Positions 45,379 through 55,280 of a stretch of DNA of 64,000 bases are shown here, one piece after another. The position numbers and the translations under genes were made by a program. The notes under the pieces are model-generated. The model ran no database searches. It had not been told where the DNA came from and worked only from the letters and a program-made list of their open reading frames with translations. This DNA is from Bacilli bacterium (GTDB taxonomy: Bacteria > Bacillota_I > Bacilli_A > RFN20 > CAG-826), in contig JAKSVB010000002.1 of NCBI GenBank assembly GCA_024408335.1, positions 4,962-68,961 of the forward strand, written 5' to 3'. The number at the start of each line of letters is the position of its first letter. The stretch's first letter is position 1.

Positions 45379-47055
45379 ATGAAAGATAGAATTAGAATTG
45401 TCGCTTTAGGCGGCTTAGACGAACGTGGCAAGAGCTGTTACGTTATTGAAATCAACCAAGATATTTTTGTCATTAGCACTGGTCTTCGCTTCCCAGATAG
45501 AACCACACCAGGCATCGACTATATAGTTCCAAACTTTGATTACCTTCGTGAAAACAAGAACCGCGTTAAGGCATATTTCTTACCTCACGGACACGATGAT
45601 GAAATTGGCGCTTTAGCATACCTCTATAGGGATGTTCCTGCCCCAATCTATGGCACAAAGGTCACTCTTACGATGCTTCGTGCATTCTGCCGTCGTGTTG
45701 GAGTCGATTGCAAATCTTTTGAATTCCACGAGATGCCAGCAAGCTGCGACTTCAAAGTCGGAAACCGCGATATCTCTTTCTTCCAAACATCCCATAACAT
45801 TGCTCTTTCAAACGGTATTGCCATCACAACAACCGAAGGCAATATCGTCTTCACTAGTGACTACGTCGTCGAAAATAACGCAACCCAAAGCTACTTAGGT
45901 GACATGGCATCTTTATCGAAGATCGCCGAGAAGAATAAGACTTTGGTCCTTATGACTCCTTCGATGTACGCAAACCGTCCAGGTTATACCGCACCTAAAT
46001 ACAAACTCCGTCCTCTTATCGAACGCAAAGTCCAAAACACCGAAGGACGTGTCTTTGTCGCTCTTTACACCCTTAACTTCTATAACATCGACGAAGTCAT
46101 CTCTTTAGCGGTCTCAACTAGAAAGAAGATCGTCCCATATGATGAGAACACCACAGAAGTCATTCGTTCAATGCAAGAATGTGGTCAGCTCAACATTCCA
46201 AGAGAAAACTATGCTAACCCTGAGGACATCAACCGTCTTCGTGACCAAGATATTCTCGTTCTCATGATCGATTACCACCCACGTATATATAGAAAAATGG
46301 CTCTTCTTGCCAGTGGACAAACAGATGGCGGAAGAATCATCAAACTTAAGCCAACTGACCTCTTTGTTATGGCTGTTCCAGCAGACGACAATGAGGAAAT
46401 CGAAGCAACGGACGCAATCGACGAACTCTATAGAAGTGGTTGCCAAGTCTATAACATCACCAAAAAAGAGTTCTACAAGATGCACCCAAGCGAAGAGGAT
46501 CTCAAGATGATGATCTCTCTTTTCCGCCCAACATATTACGTTCCTGCAAAAGGCTTCTTCAAAGATCTTCTTAATAACGCAAAAGTCGCTGTTAATACCG
46601 GTACAGGCTTAACACACAGAAATATCTTCTTATTAGAAGATGGCTTATCTCTACTTATCGATGAGAGCGGTGCTCACATTCTTCAAGAGAATATCGTCCA
46701 TGGCGATGTCCTTATCGATGGCATCGGTGTTGGCGACGTTAGCCAAGCAGTTCTTGAAGACCGCGAAAGACTTTCCCAAGGCGCTGTTATCATTTCTGTC
46801 ACCGTCTCCAAAAAGGAAAGAAAGATCCTTTCAAAACCAGATGTTCAATTTAGAGGTATCGTCTTCAGCCGTGATAATGAATCCATGACTAACGATGTCA
46901 CGAAGATTTTCATGACAACCCTCCAAGATGGACTCGCAGATCCAAAATGCGATTTAGAGAAAATCAAAGAAGAATGTTATGACAGATGTTTCCGCTGCAT
47001 CAGAAGACTCAGCGGCAAGGAACCTATGGTTCTCCCAATTATCGTCGAAATCTAA
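45379..47055 (+). CDS. rnj: Ribonuclease J
   Basis: Metallo-beta-lactamase plus beta-CASP architecture; N-terminal IRIVALGGLDERGKSCYVIEI typical of RNase J. Start re-chosen at ATG 45379 (RBS ggaaaggag), not the track's TTG at 45361. Motif II reads HGHDDE instead of HGHEDH. Confidence 0.8.
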   Translation: MKDRIRIVALGGLDERGKSCYVIEINQDIFVISTGLRFPDRTTPGIDYIVPNFDYLRENKNRVKAYFLPHGHDDEIGALAYLYRDVPAPIYGTKVTLTMLRAFCRRVGVDCKSFEFHEMPASCDFKVGNRDISFFQTSHNIALSNGIAITTTEGNIVFTSDYVVENNATQSYLGDMASLSKIAEKNKTLVLMTPSMYANRPGYTAPKYKLRPLIERKVQNTEGRVFVALYTLNFYNIDEVISLAVSTRKKIVPYDENTTEVIRSMQECGQLNIPRENYANPEDINRLRDQDILVLMIDYHPRIYRKMALLASGQTDGGRIIKLKPTDLFVMAVPADDNEEIEATDAIDELYRSGCQVYNITKKEFYKMHPSEEDLKMMISLFRPTYYVPAKGFFKDLLNNAKVAVNTGTGLTHRNIFLLEDGLSLLIDESGAHILQENIVHGDVLIDGIGVGDVSQAVLEDRERLSQGAVIISVTVSKKERKILSKPDVQFRGIVFSRDNESMTNDVTKIFMTTLQDGLADPKCDLEKIKEECYDRCFRCIRRLSGKEPMVLPIIVEI

Positions 47056-47057
47056 TA

Positions 47058-49826
47058 ATGAAAAAGCAATTCACCAAAGACAATATACTTCAGGCAATAG
47101 GGGTGCTCATTTTATTCGTGAGCATCATTATGCTCCTTTCGCCTTTTACCAAAATCTACGCCATCTCATATTGGATGCTTAGGCTTGGTGGTTTTGCTGT
47201 TTATTATTTCTTTTTCCCTCTTCTTGCCTTCATTGGCATTAACCTCATCGCCAAAGGCAAATTAGGAAAAGCCCTAGGATGGAACTTCTTTTTAGGCGCC
47301 GTCCTAATCTTCTTTGGCTTAGGCATAATGTTTGGAAACATCGTTAGTGCTTTAGGAGTCGATGGCTTAAGTAACGCTAGAGAGCTTTTCAAAGAGACAT
47401 ACATCAACAAAGTTAGCGATCCTAAAACCTACCTATTCGTTAACGATATCCGATTCTCTGTCGGCATCCTTTTCGCTAATCTTGTGATTCTTTTAGAAAC
47501 CTCGGTTCCTAACCTTCCTCTCATCCTTTTCCTATCACTTATCATAGTTGGTTTAATCATTGCCTTTATTAGACCAATCGTCGCGATGTTCAAACTCATC
47601 GCCAGAAGATCCTCCCAAAAGAAGGCCAAAAAGGATAGCGAGAATGAAATCCAAAGAAGAAACGAAGAGATCAATGACGATATCGCTTCTTCAATCAGAG
47701 AGGAAGTTCTTACTGCGGGCATCGTAACCAAAGGAAGCGAAAAACAAGTAGTAGAGGAAGACGCCCCTCTTCCATCAAGACTTGCCGCCAATAGAGAACA
47801 CCCAAAAGGCGGATATGATGTCCCAACCGAAAACGATATCGTGATGGACGTCCCTGATATAAGCGAAATCTCATCAATCGATACAGGCGCAATGACCACA
47901 GCCTTGTTCGTTTTCGATGATGAAGAAGCCACACCAACACCTATCGTTACTAAAACCCAAGAAGTCAAAGAAGAACCAGTCATTCCTGAACCAGAAACCA
48001 TCGCTCCAGAGCCAGTTTTCGTTCCAACTCCAGAGCCTTCTTTCGCTCCTTCTTTAGAAGAAACCACAATCGAGGAACAAGTCGAAAGTATGCCTGTAGT
48101 CGAAGAAATCGAACCACTAGAAGAATCGATTGAAAGCGAAATCGATGACCTTCTTGAAGAAGATATGGAAACGTTTGAACCTGCTCCAGCACCAAAAGTG
48201 GAGCCAGTCGTTACTCCTTCTTCACCTGCCCCTCAAGCCGCGCCTAACCAAGCAAAGAGCGAAGAAGAGATTCTCGAAGAAACGATGAGAAAACTCCATC
48301 AGGAGAAGCTTTCGCCTCTTCCTCCATACGTAATGCCATCAACCGAACTCCTTAATGTCTACGAAAACGACCAAGACATGGATCAAATTGAAGCGGAATG
48401 TAATGAAGTCTCTCGCCGCATCAATATGACTTTCCAAGATCTAGGAGTAGGGGCTAAAGTCGTCGATCACACAATCGGGCCATCGGTCACTAGATATGAC
48501 GTTCAACCAGATCCAAGCGTTTCTGTCGCCTCTATTGGCAAATTCATGAAAGACGTTTCCATGAGACTTGGAGGCGTTGCTGTCCGTTTTGAAGAAATCG
48601 TTAGAGGCAAATCAACCGCAGGTATTGAAATTCCTAACGTCAAAGCCACAACCGTGTCTCTTAAAGAGATGGTTGAAGCAAACCCTAACGAAGCAAAATA
48701 TTCAATGCACGTTCCTTTCGGCAAATCCATTTCCGGAGACTGCATCAGCCAAGACTTAAGGAAATTCCCTCACTTACTCGTAGCTGGTACCACAGGTTCA
48801 GGTAAATCCATCTTCATGCATGGTTTAATCATGTCACTTATCATGAAGAATAGACCTGAAGACCTTAAGATTGTTTTGATTGACCCAAAACGCGTCGAAA
48901 TGTCTAAGTACAAGAACCTTCCTCACCTTCTTTGCCCAATCATCAAAGAACCTAGCGAGGCTAAGGTCTGCATGGACAAGCTCATCGAAGAGATGGAAAG
49001 AAGAAACAAGATCTTCGAAGCGTGCGACGTCCGTGATATCGCAGGCTATAACGGATATTTCGCCGAATCCCATGGATATAAGAAACTCCCATACATCGTC
49101 GTACTCATTGATGAATACGCAGACCTTTCCGATTCTTGCAAAACCTTAGGCGAATCCGTCGTTAGAATTGCTCAAAAGGCCCGTTCTGCTGGTATCCATC
49201 TCGTCATCGCAACCCAACGTCCAACCGTCCAAGTCATTACTGGCACCATCAAAGCGAATATCCCAGTTCGTGTCGCTTTATCCGTTGCTAGCTCCATCGA
49301 CTCCCAAACCATCATCGGTCAAGGTGGCGCTGAAGAACTTAATGGTTATGGCGATATGCTTGTCGATTGTTCGCTTATCACTAGAGTCGGTCTTACCCGT
49401 GCCCAAGGATGCTTTGTCGACGAATTTGAAATCGATAGAGTCGTCAAATTCATCAAAGGTCAGAACCTTGGAACGATGTATGACGAGAACTTCCTTGATT
49501 TAGTCGACCACGAAGCGGAAGCGAAAATGATGGAAGCCCAAGCCCCATTTGTTGATCCTGCCGAAATCAAAGCCCAATCCAACCAAGACTTCTATGAAAA
49601 CGTCAAAGAAGCCATCATGCCTCTTGAATACGCTTCAATATCTTTGATCCAACGTAAATTCAACGTTGGCTTCACCCGCGCAGGTAAGCTCTTCTCCCAA
49701 CTTCAAAAAGATGGGATAGTGGCCCTTGCTCCAGATAGCCCAAGTAGCTCTAAAGGCTGTAGAGTCTTAGTTCACGAAAATCCAAATGACGATCTTTCGG
49801 ATATCAAATTAGGAAGAGATAACTAA
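47058..49826 (+). CDS. ftsK: DNA translocase FtsK/SpoIIIE
   Basis: N-terminal TM helices, Pro/Glu-rich linker, Walker A GTTGSGKS, Walker B VVLIDEYADL, gamma domain at the C-terminus. Start ATG 47058 follows the rnj stop; the track's 46986 start overlaps rnj. Confidence 0.9.
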   Translation: MKKQFTKDNILQAIGVLILFVSIIMLLSPFTKIYAISYWMLRLGGFAVYYFFFPLLAFIGINLIAKGKLGKALGWNFFLGAVLIFFGLGIMFGNIVSALGVDGLSNARELFKETYINKVSDPKTYLFVNDIRFSVGILFANLVILLETSVPNLPLILFLSLIIVGLIIAFIRPIVAMFKLIARRSSQKKAKKDSENEIQRRNEEINDDIASSIREEVLTAGIVTKGSEKQVVEEDAPLPSRLAANREHPKGGYDVPTENDIVMDVPDISEISSIDTGAMTTALFVFDDEEATPTPIVTKTQEVKEEPVIPEPETIAPEPVFVPTPEPSFAPSLEETTIEEQVESMPVVEEIEPLEESIESEIDDLLEEDMETFEPAPAPKVEPVVTPSSPAPQAAPNQAKSEEEILEETMRKLHQEKLSPLPPYVMPSTELLNVYENDQDMDQIEAECNEVSRRINMTFQDLGVGAKVVDHTIGPSVTRYDVQPDPSVSVASIGKFMKDVSMRLGGVAVRFEEIVRGKSTAGIEIPNVKATTVSLKEMVEANPNEAKYSMHVPFGKSISGDCISQDLRKFPHLLVAGTTGSGKSIFMHGLIMSLIMKNRPEDLKIVLIDPKRVEMSKYKNLPHLLCPIIKEPSEAKVCMDKLIEEMERRNKIFEACDVRDIAGYNGYFAESHGYKKLPYIVVLIDEYADLSDSCKTLGESVVRIAQKARSAGIHLVIATQRPTVQVITGTIKANIPVRVALSVASSIDSQTIIGQGGAEELNGYGDMLVDCSLITRVGLTRAQGCFVDEFEIDRVVKFIKGQNLGTMYDENFLDLVDHEAEAKMMEAQAPFVDPAEIKAQSNQDFYENVKEAIMPLEYASISLIQRKFNVGFTRAGKLFSQLQKDGIVALAPDSPSSSKGCRVLVHENPNDDLSDIKLGRDN

Positions 49827-49827
49827 C

Positions 49828-50145
49828 ATGAGAATCGGAAACGACATCGTTAATATTTCCCGAATCGAGGATCCGCTTCGACTTGCTAGGAAAATCCTTT
49901 CTAAGAAAGAGATGGAGATATTCGAAACCAAAACCAACAAGCAAGAATTCATTGCAGGAAGATTTGCTGCCAAAGAAGCTTTTATGAAGGCTATTGGCAA
50001 AGGTTTTGCTGGAATCTCTATTAGTGAAATCGAAGTGCTTTATGATGAAGATGGAGCGCCATATATCTTTTATAAAGATAAGACTTACCCTTGCTCTATT
50101 TCTCATGATGGAGGAATCGCCACCGCAGTGGTGCTTTTTGAGTAA
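49828..50145 (+). CDS. acpS: Holo-[acyl-carrier-protein] synthase
   Basis: 105 aa; MRIGNDIVNISRI...GRFAAKEAFMKAIGKG is typical of AcpS. Confidence 0.85.
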   Translation: MRIGNDIVNISRIEDPLRLARKILSKKEMEIFETKTNKQEFIAGRFAAKEAFMKAIGKGFAGISISEIEVLYDEDGAPYIFYKDKTYPCSISHDGGIATAVVLFE

Positions 50146-52196
50146 TGTTAGTCGAGGCGTCATTAATTAGCAAAACCAAGGTTTCATGCCGCTTTTATTC
50201 GGTAAGCGAAGTCGATTTGAAACACTCGAAAATCGAAATCGACCACTTCGAAACCAAAGAGATAACGCCATTAGAAATAACTGAAACAGAGGAATATGTA
50301 GAAGCTATTTTCGACATCGAAGACTTTGAGCTTGGACACAGTTACTTCTTCCTTTTTAGCGATATCGGAAGAATCCCTCTTAACGTATCAAAAGCCACTG
50401 AATTCGAAGGATTCGATGAAGAATTCTTTTTTGATGGCGAGCTTGGCGCATTTTACGAAAAAGATAAAACGACTTTCAAAGTTTGGGCTCCTTTAGCCTC
50501 ATCTGTTTTAGTCAAATTCGATGATGACAGCCACTCATTAATTAGAGGCGAAAAAGGCGTTTGGAGTCTAATAATCGAAGGCGACTTAAAAGACAAAGCC
50601 TACACTTACTTAATCACAAATAACGAAATAACAGTCGAAACAATTGACGTATACGCGAAAGCTTCAACCGAGAATTCCCTTAGAAGCGTAGTTCTAGATT
50701 TAGAAGAACTAAAAGTTCCTAAAGCTAGTGGCCTCCCTTCATATAAATCCCCAAGCGAAGCCATAATCTATGAAGGAAGTGTTCGCGATATGAGTATCGA
50801 CTCTCATAGCGATATCATTAATAAAGGAACCTTCCTTGGCCTAATCGAAAAAGGAAGAAAAACAGAAAAAGGTAATTCAGCAGGTTTCGATTACTATTCT
50901 TCGCTTGGATTCACTCATCTCCAACTTCTTCCAATCTTCGATTTTAAGACGGTTGATGAAACTAATCCTTCCAGCACCTATAACTGGGGGTATGATCCGA
51001 TTCAGTATTTTGTTCCTGAAGGATCGTATTCTAGTAACGCAAAAGACCCTAAAGCCCGTATCGTCGAAGCCCAAAAGATGATTGAAGCGTTCCATGAAAA
51101 AGGAATCCGCATCGTAAGCGATGTTGTTTTCAATCACGTTTATGAATACCTTTCCTCGCCTTTTGAGAAGACCGTTCCAAATTACTATTTTAGAAGGCTC
51201 GATAATGGCAAGATGAGTAACGCTTCCTGGTGTGGAAACGATCTTGCCTCAGAAAAACCAATGGTAAGAAAACTCATCGTCGATGCGGCGAAGTGGTGGA
51301 TGGATTACTATAACGTCGACGGCTTTAGATTTGACCTCATGGGTTTGATCGATGTCGATACGATTAAGGAAATTCAAAGACTTGGCCTAGAAAAAGATCC
51401 TTCCTTCCTTGTCTATGGGGAAGGCTGGAATATGGCAGGAAATCTCGCTACGCCTTTAGCAAACATGGATAATTCCTCTCTTCTTCCTAAAGTCGCGTTC
51501 TTTAACGATTCCTTTAGGGAAGACACAAAGAGATACGCTGGAGGAGAATGGTTTGCTAGAGATGATTTCAAAGCGGCATTACTAGGGTCCGAAAATAAAT
51601 TTAACGACTTGAGTCAAAGCATCAACTATGTTGAATGCCACGATAACCATACTTTCTTCGATTATTTAGAAGGCAAAAAAGGCATTACTGGATTAGAAGA
51701 GAAGATCAATAGATCCAAGCTTTCTTTAGCCTTAATCGCCCTTTCTCTTGGCGTCCCTTTCTTCCATATGGGAGAAGAGATCGCCCAATCGAAGTTTGGA
51801 GTCGAGAATTCATATAATTCAGGCGACATCATCAACAAATTCAGCAATACCCTTCGCGATAAGAGGTGTGACATGGTTAATTACTTCCAGGACCTTTTGA
51901 AATTCAGGAAACGTTTGCTCTCACTTTTTAATGGTGATTTAGCCCTTCTAAAAGAAAACATGAAAGTAAAAGATATCGAAGGCGCAGCGATGATGATAAA
52001 CATCAAAATACCAAATAACGAAAGTTTGTATGGTGAAATTAGCATCTTTATAAATCCAGCAGACCAATCTTTCTCATATAATTTTGAAACCGATGTTGAT
52101 CTACTTTTCACTAGTGGAGGCAACGCGATCAATACAAAGACCAAGCTGTCAAACGTTCTTGTTCCGAAACACTCAATGCTTGTTCTCGCTAAATAG
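50145..52196 (+). CDS. pulA: Type I pullulanase / debranching enzyme (GH13)
   Basis: GH13 regions: YNWGYDP, DVVFNHV, GFRFDLMG, YGEGW, YVECHDN; 683 aa. Confidence 0.85.
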   Translation: MLVEASLISKTKVSCRFYSVSEVDLKHSKIEIDHFETKEITPLEITETEEYVEAIFDIEDFELGHSYFFLFSDIGRIPLNVSKATEFEGFDEEFFFDGELGAFYEKDKTTFKVWAPLASSVLVKFDDDSHSLIRGEKGVWSLIIEGDLKDKAYTYLITNNEITVETIDVYAKASTENSLRSVVLDLEELKVPKASGLPSYKSPSEAIIYEGSVRDMSIDSHSDIINKGTFLGLIEKGRKTEKGNSAGFDYYSSLGFTHLQLLPIFDFKTVDETNPSSTYNWGYDPIQYFVPEGSYSSNAKDPKARIVEAQKMIEAFHEKGIRIVSDVVFNHVYEYLSSPFEKTVPNYYFRRLDNGKMSNASWCGNDLASEKPMVRKLIVDAAKWWMDYYNVDGFRFDLMGLIDVDTIKEIQRLGLEKDPSFLVYGEGWNMAGNLATPLANMDNSSLLPKVAFFNDSFREDTKRYAGGEWFARDDFKAALLGSENKFNDLSQSINYVECHDNHTFFDYLEGKKGITGLEEKINRSKLSLALIALSLGVPFFHMGEEIAQSKFGVENSYNSGDIINKFSNTLRDKRCDMVNYFQDLLKFRKRLLSLFNGDLALLKENMKVKDIEGAAMMINIKIPNNESLYGEISIFINPADQSFSYNFETDVDLLFTSGGNAINTKTKLSNVLVPKHSMLVLAK

Positions 52197-52262
52197 TGAA
52201 ACGCCACTCACTATCGGAACCTTCGTTTAATCATCCTTAATAGATATTTAGGAGAATCTATT

Positions 52263-52559
52263 ATGATTTCAAATGTGTTTTTAGCCGGTGAACTCGGCGA
52301 TGTTTTCGTTACCCCAGAAGGCGAGAACTTTAGGTATGTAAGACTATCAGCAAATAATTCCTTGGTAGTAGGAAGAACGATGAAGGAAGAATACTTAATA
52401 CCTGTTACCGCTTTTGGCAGTCCTTTTTCTTCTTTTTATACTCTCAAAAAAGGCTCTTATGTCGTTTTAAGAGGATGGATTGAAACCAGAAACGACATCG
52501 GAGTGGTGGTCGTAAGTGAATTAGAAGATCTTTTCCCAAAAGAGAATGAGAACAAATAA
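52263..52559 (+). CDS. Small OB-fold single-stranded-DNA-binding-like protein lacking an acidic C-terminal tail (98 aa)
   Basis: Pattern N.VFLAGEL..D......GENF.YVRLSANNS...(gap)...YLIPVTAFG......Y.LKKGSYVVLRGWIETRN parallels SSB (N.V.LVGRL..DPELR.TPNG...F.LAVNR...FI.CV.W...AE....YLKKGS.V.V.GRLQTR). Confidence 0.4.
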   Translation: MISNVFLAGELGDVFVTPEGENFRYVRLSANNSLVVGRTMKEEYLIPVTAFGSPFSSFYTLKKGSYVVLRGWIETRNDIGVVVVSELEDLFPKENENK

Positions 52560-52606
52560 TGTCCCTATAATCTAGATATTTTCATAACTGATTATATAAT
52601 ATAGGT

Positions 52607-53443
52607 ATGTTCAAATATTTACGTTTAGTCCCAACTATCGGCGTTCGTATCATGTTTGATTATTTTACAAAATTCAAACCATACGCCAAACACCCTGAAA
52701 AAGCGCCTATTTCTAAGAGATACTTAGCCGCCCAAAATACAATCAGAAGCCTTTTCCGTCATTGCCACAGCGACATCAGAATCCAAGGCTACGAGAATTA
52801 CAAAAAACTCGTCGAAGAAGGCAAAAAGTTCTTAGTCGTTGGCAATCATATGTCATTCTTAGATCCACTTCTTATGATTGGCCTCTTCGATGACCCTCTT
52901 ATGATGGTTGGTAAAGAAGAGATCAAGAAGATGTTTCTTATGGGTGATGTCGTCGCATCAATCGACGGCGTCTTCATGGATCGTTCTGACCTCAAACAAT
53001 CACTTAAGATCATCCTTGAATGCAGCAAGCGTCTCAAAGAAGGACAAATGAATGTCCTTATCTTCCCTGAAGGAACTAGAAATAAGGATCCAAAAAACGT
53101 CGATCCAGTTGAGTACCACGCTGGAACATTCAAAGCCGCAACAAGAGTTGGAGCGCCAATCCTTCCTATAACCCTCTTCGGTACCCAATATGGCTTATCT
53201 AATAAAAACAATTACCGTTCTTGCCCAGTTTCCGTCATTATCGGCGAACCAATCTACGAAAGTGACTATAAGGACCTTTCCACTGATGAGCTTGCCGCAA
53301 AAGTTCATGAATGGACATTAAAGAACGTGAAGACGCTTCGTGCTTACGACAAAGCCTATTTCGAGAATAAGCAAGAAAAAATCCCTTACAAGAAACACTC
53401 GCAAGGGAAATTCTTCACTGAATACAAATTCGATAATGAATGA
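52607..53443 (+). CDS. plsC: 1-acyl-sn-glycerol-3-phosphate acyltransferase family (LPLAT)
   Basis: HX4D motif VVGNHMSFLDP and FPEGTRN motif. Confidence 0.75.
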   Translation: MFKYLRLVPTIGVRIMFDYFTKFKPYAKHPEKAPISKRYLAAQNTIRSLFRHCHSDIRIQGYENYKKLVEEGKKFLVVGNHMSFLDPLLMIGLFDDPLMMVGKEEIKKMFLMGDVVASIDGVFMDRSDLKQSLKIILECSKRLKEGQMNVLIFPEGTRNKDPKNVDPVEYHAGTFKAATRVGAPILPITLFGTQYGLSNKNNYRSCPVSVIIGEPIYESDYKDLSTDELAAKVHEWTLKNVKTLRAYDKAYFENKQEKIPYKKHSQGKFFTEYKFDNE

Positions 53444-53451
53444 TCTTTGGA

Positions 53452-54768
53452 TTAATCTCCAAAGATTTTTCTTTGTTTAGCCATTACTATGCAGCTCTTA
53501 GGGTAGTGGTTTTTAGCAACCCCTTGAGTGACTTTGACGAATCCAAGGTTCATGTTTTCATAGCTAACAATGTAGAAGCCGTCTTCTTTATCCATTGGGA
53601 AGGTATTGCCATAGATATAGGCTTTGGCTTCTTCTTGAGTGATTGGGACAGAGTAGGAGGAAGGGAGGAATGCGGCGAGATGGTGATCAGGAATGAAGAT
53701 TCCGCTGTCTCTCATCTCGAAAAGCTTTACACCATAACGGAGGATGTTAAGGTGGCTGACATCAAAGTGTTGGTAAAGAGAATAGAATTTGTCTCTTCTA
53801 AGTTCGTTGCTTCTTTCTGTTAAGCCATAGTCTTGGCAGAAAAGCTTATATCTATCGTTGGCGATAGTGGTTCTCTTGGTTTTTTGGATAACGCCAGGCT
53901 TCTTTAAAAGACAAATGAATTGTCCTTCGCCTTCGAAGTGGTTTGGATGGAGACGAACAGCTTGTGGGAGAGCGTCTAAGTGATAGAAGCTTTCGTGCTC
54001 GCCTAAATCTAAGAATTCGATTTCAGGATGCTTTGCTTTGAAGGCTAAAAGAATGCCTTCGTCTTCTTCATAGTTGAATGAACAAGTGCTATATGAAATG
54101 ACGCCGCCTGGCTTGACCATGCTGTAAGCAAGTTCGAGAAGCTCGGCTTGACGCTTTGCGTTTGCTTTGACTTTTGAGTATTTCCAATCTGCTTCGGCCG
54201 CTTTGTTCTTTCTCATCATGGCGCTGCCACTGCATGGAGCGTCTAAGATGATCTTGTCAAACGTATCGGCGAAGTGGATGTGTGAGAAAATGAAATCCGT
54301 TGAAGAGACAACGATGTTGCCACGACCCATTCTCTCAACATTTTGTGAGAGGTCTTTGGCTCTAGGATATGAAATATCGTTACTGATGATGCAGCCTTTG
54401 CCATTCATTGCGATAGAAGCGCCAAGGCTCTTGCCGCCAGGAGCTGCGCACATATCCAAAACAACATCATCTTCTTCTGGTTTTAAGAAGGCGTTAACCA
54501 TCATCGCACTACCATCTTCGATGGAATAAACACCATCAAGATAGAAGAGGCTCATGCCAAAATCATATTCTTCTTTGTTGTAGTAGTAGGCGTGTTCAAC
54601 GAATGGGTGTTTCCTGACGTTAGGGAAGCGAGCAACGAATTCTTCATCGCTAAGCTTGTCAGGATTGATAAGCAAGCAATGTGTAACTTCGCCGTTTTGG
54701 ATGGAGTTAATGAGTGAATCGACTTCTTCTTCAGGAAGATATGTAACTAATGATGTACGGAAATCCAT
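53452..54768 (-). CDS. RsmB/RsmF (NOL1/NOP2/Sun) family rRNA m5C methyltransferase
   Basis: SAM site DMCAAPGGKS and the catalytic Cys motifs DAPCSG and TCS. Confidence 0.8.
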   Translation of the reverse strand: MDFRTSLVTYLPEEEVDSLINSIQNGEVTHCLLINPDKLSDEEFVARFPNVRKHPFVEHAYYYNKEEYDFGMSLFYLDGVYSIEDGSAMMVNAFLKPEEDDVVLDMCAAPGGKSLGASIAMNGKGCIISNDISYPRAKDLSQNVERMGRGNIVVSSTDFIFSHIHFADTFDKIILDAPCSGSAMMRKNKAAEADWKYSKVKANAKRQAELLELAYSMVKPGGVISYSTCSFNYEEDEGILLAFKAKHPEIEFLDLGEHESFYHLDALPQAVRLHPNHFEGEGQFICLLKKPGVIQKTKRTTIANDRYKLFCQDYGLTERSNELRRDKFYSLYQHFDVSHLNILRYGVKLFEMRDSGIFIPDHHLAAFLPSSYSVPITQEEAKAYIYGNTFPMDKEDGFYIVSYENMNLGFVKVTQGVAKNHYPKSCIVMAKQRKIFGD

Positions 54769-54818
54769 GGACTACATTATAATGTAAAAGGGCGTTTTTG
54801 AGAATAGCCTAAAGAAAA

Positions 54819-55280
54819 ATGAGAGTATTAGTACAAGAAGTCACAAAAGCATCGGTCAAAATTGACGGAAACGAAGTCGGTCGTATAGACCGCGGTTTCC
54901 TTCTTTTTGTCGGTTTTACCGCAGGAGACGATGAAGTAATCATCAGAAAAATGGCGGACAAAGTCACCAAACTCCGTATCTTCCCTGATGAAAATGGCAA
55001 AACAAACAAATCCATTTTCGATATCGGAGGCAATATCCTCTCAGTGAGTCAATTCACTCTTTACGCTTCGGCAAAAGAAGGCAATAGACCATCTTTTGCA
55101 AAAGCCCTTGTTCCAGCTGAGGCAACACTCCTCTTCGATAAATGGAACGATATCCTTCGTGAAAAGTTCCCAAATCTTCAAACAGGAGTATTTGGAGCGG
55201 ATATGAAAGTTGAACTTCTTAATGACGGACCATTCACTTTATGGTTAGATAGCGAAGAGCTATTTGGAGATAAGAAATGA
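54819..55280 (+). CDS. dtd: D-aminoacyl-tRNA deacylase
   Basis: MRVLVQEV...GFLLFVG... SQFTLYA motifs; 153 aa. Confidence 0.85.
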   Translation: MRVLVQEVTKASVKIDGNEVGRIDRGFLLFVGFTAGDDEVIIRKMADKVTKLRIFPDENGKTNKSIFDIGGNILSVSQFTLYASAKEGNRPSFAKALVPAEATLLFDKWNDILREKFPNLQTGVFGADMKVELLNDGPFTLWLDSEELFGDKK

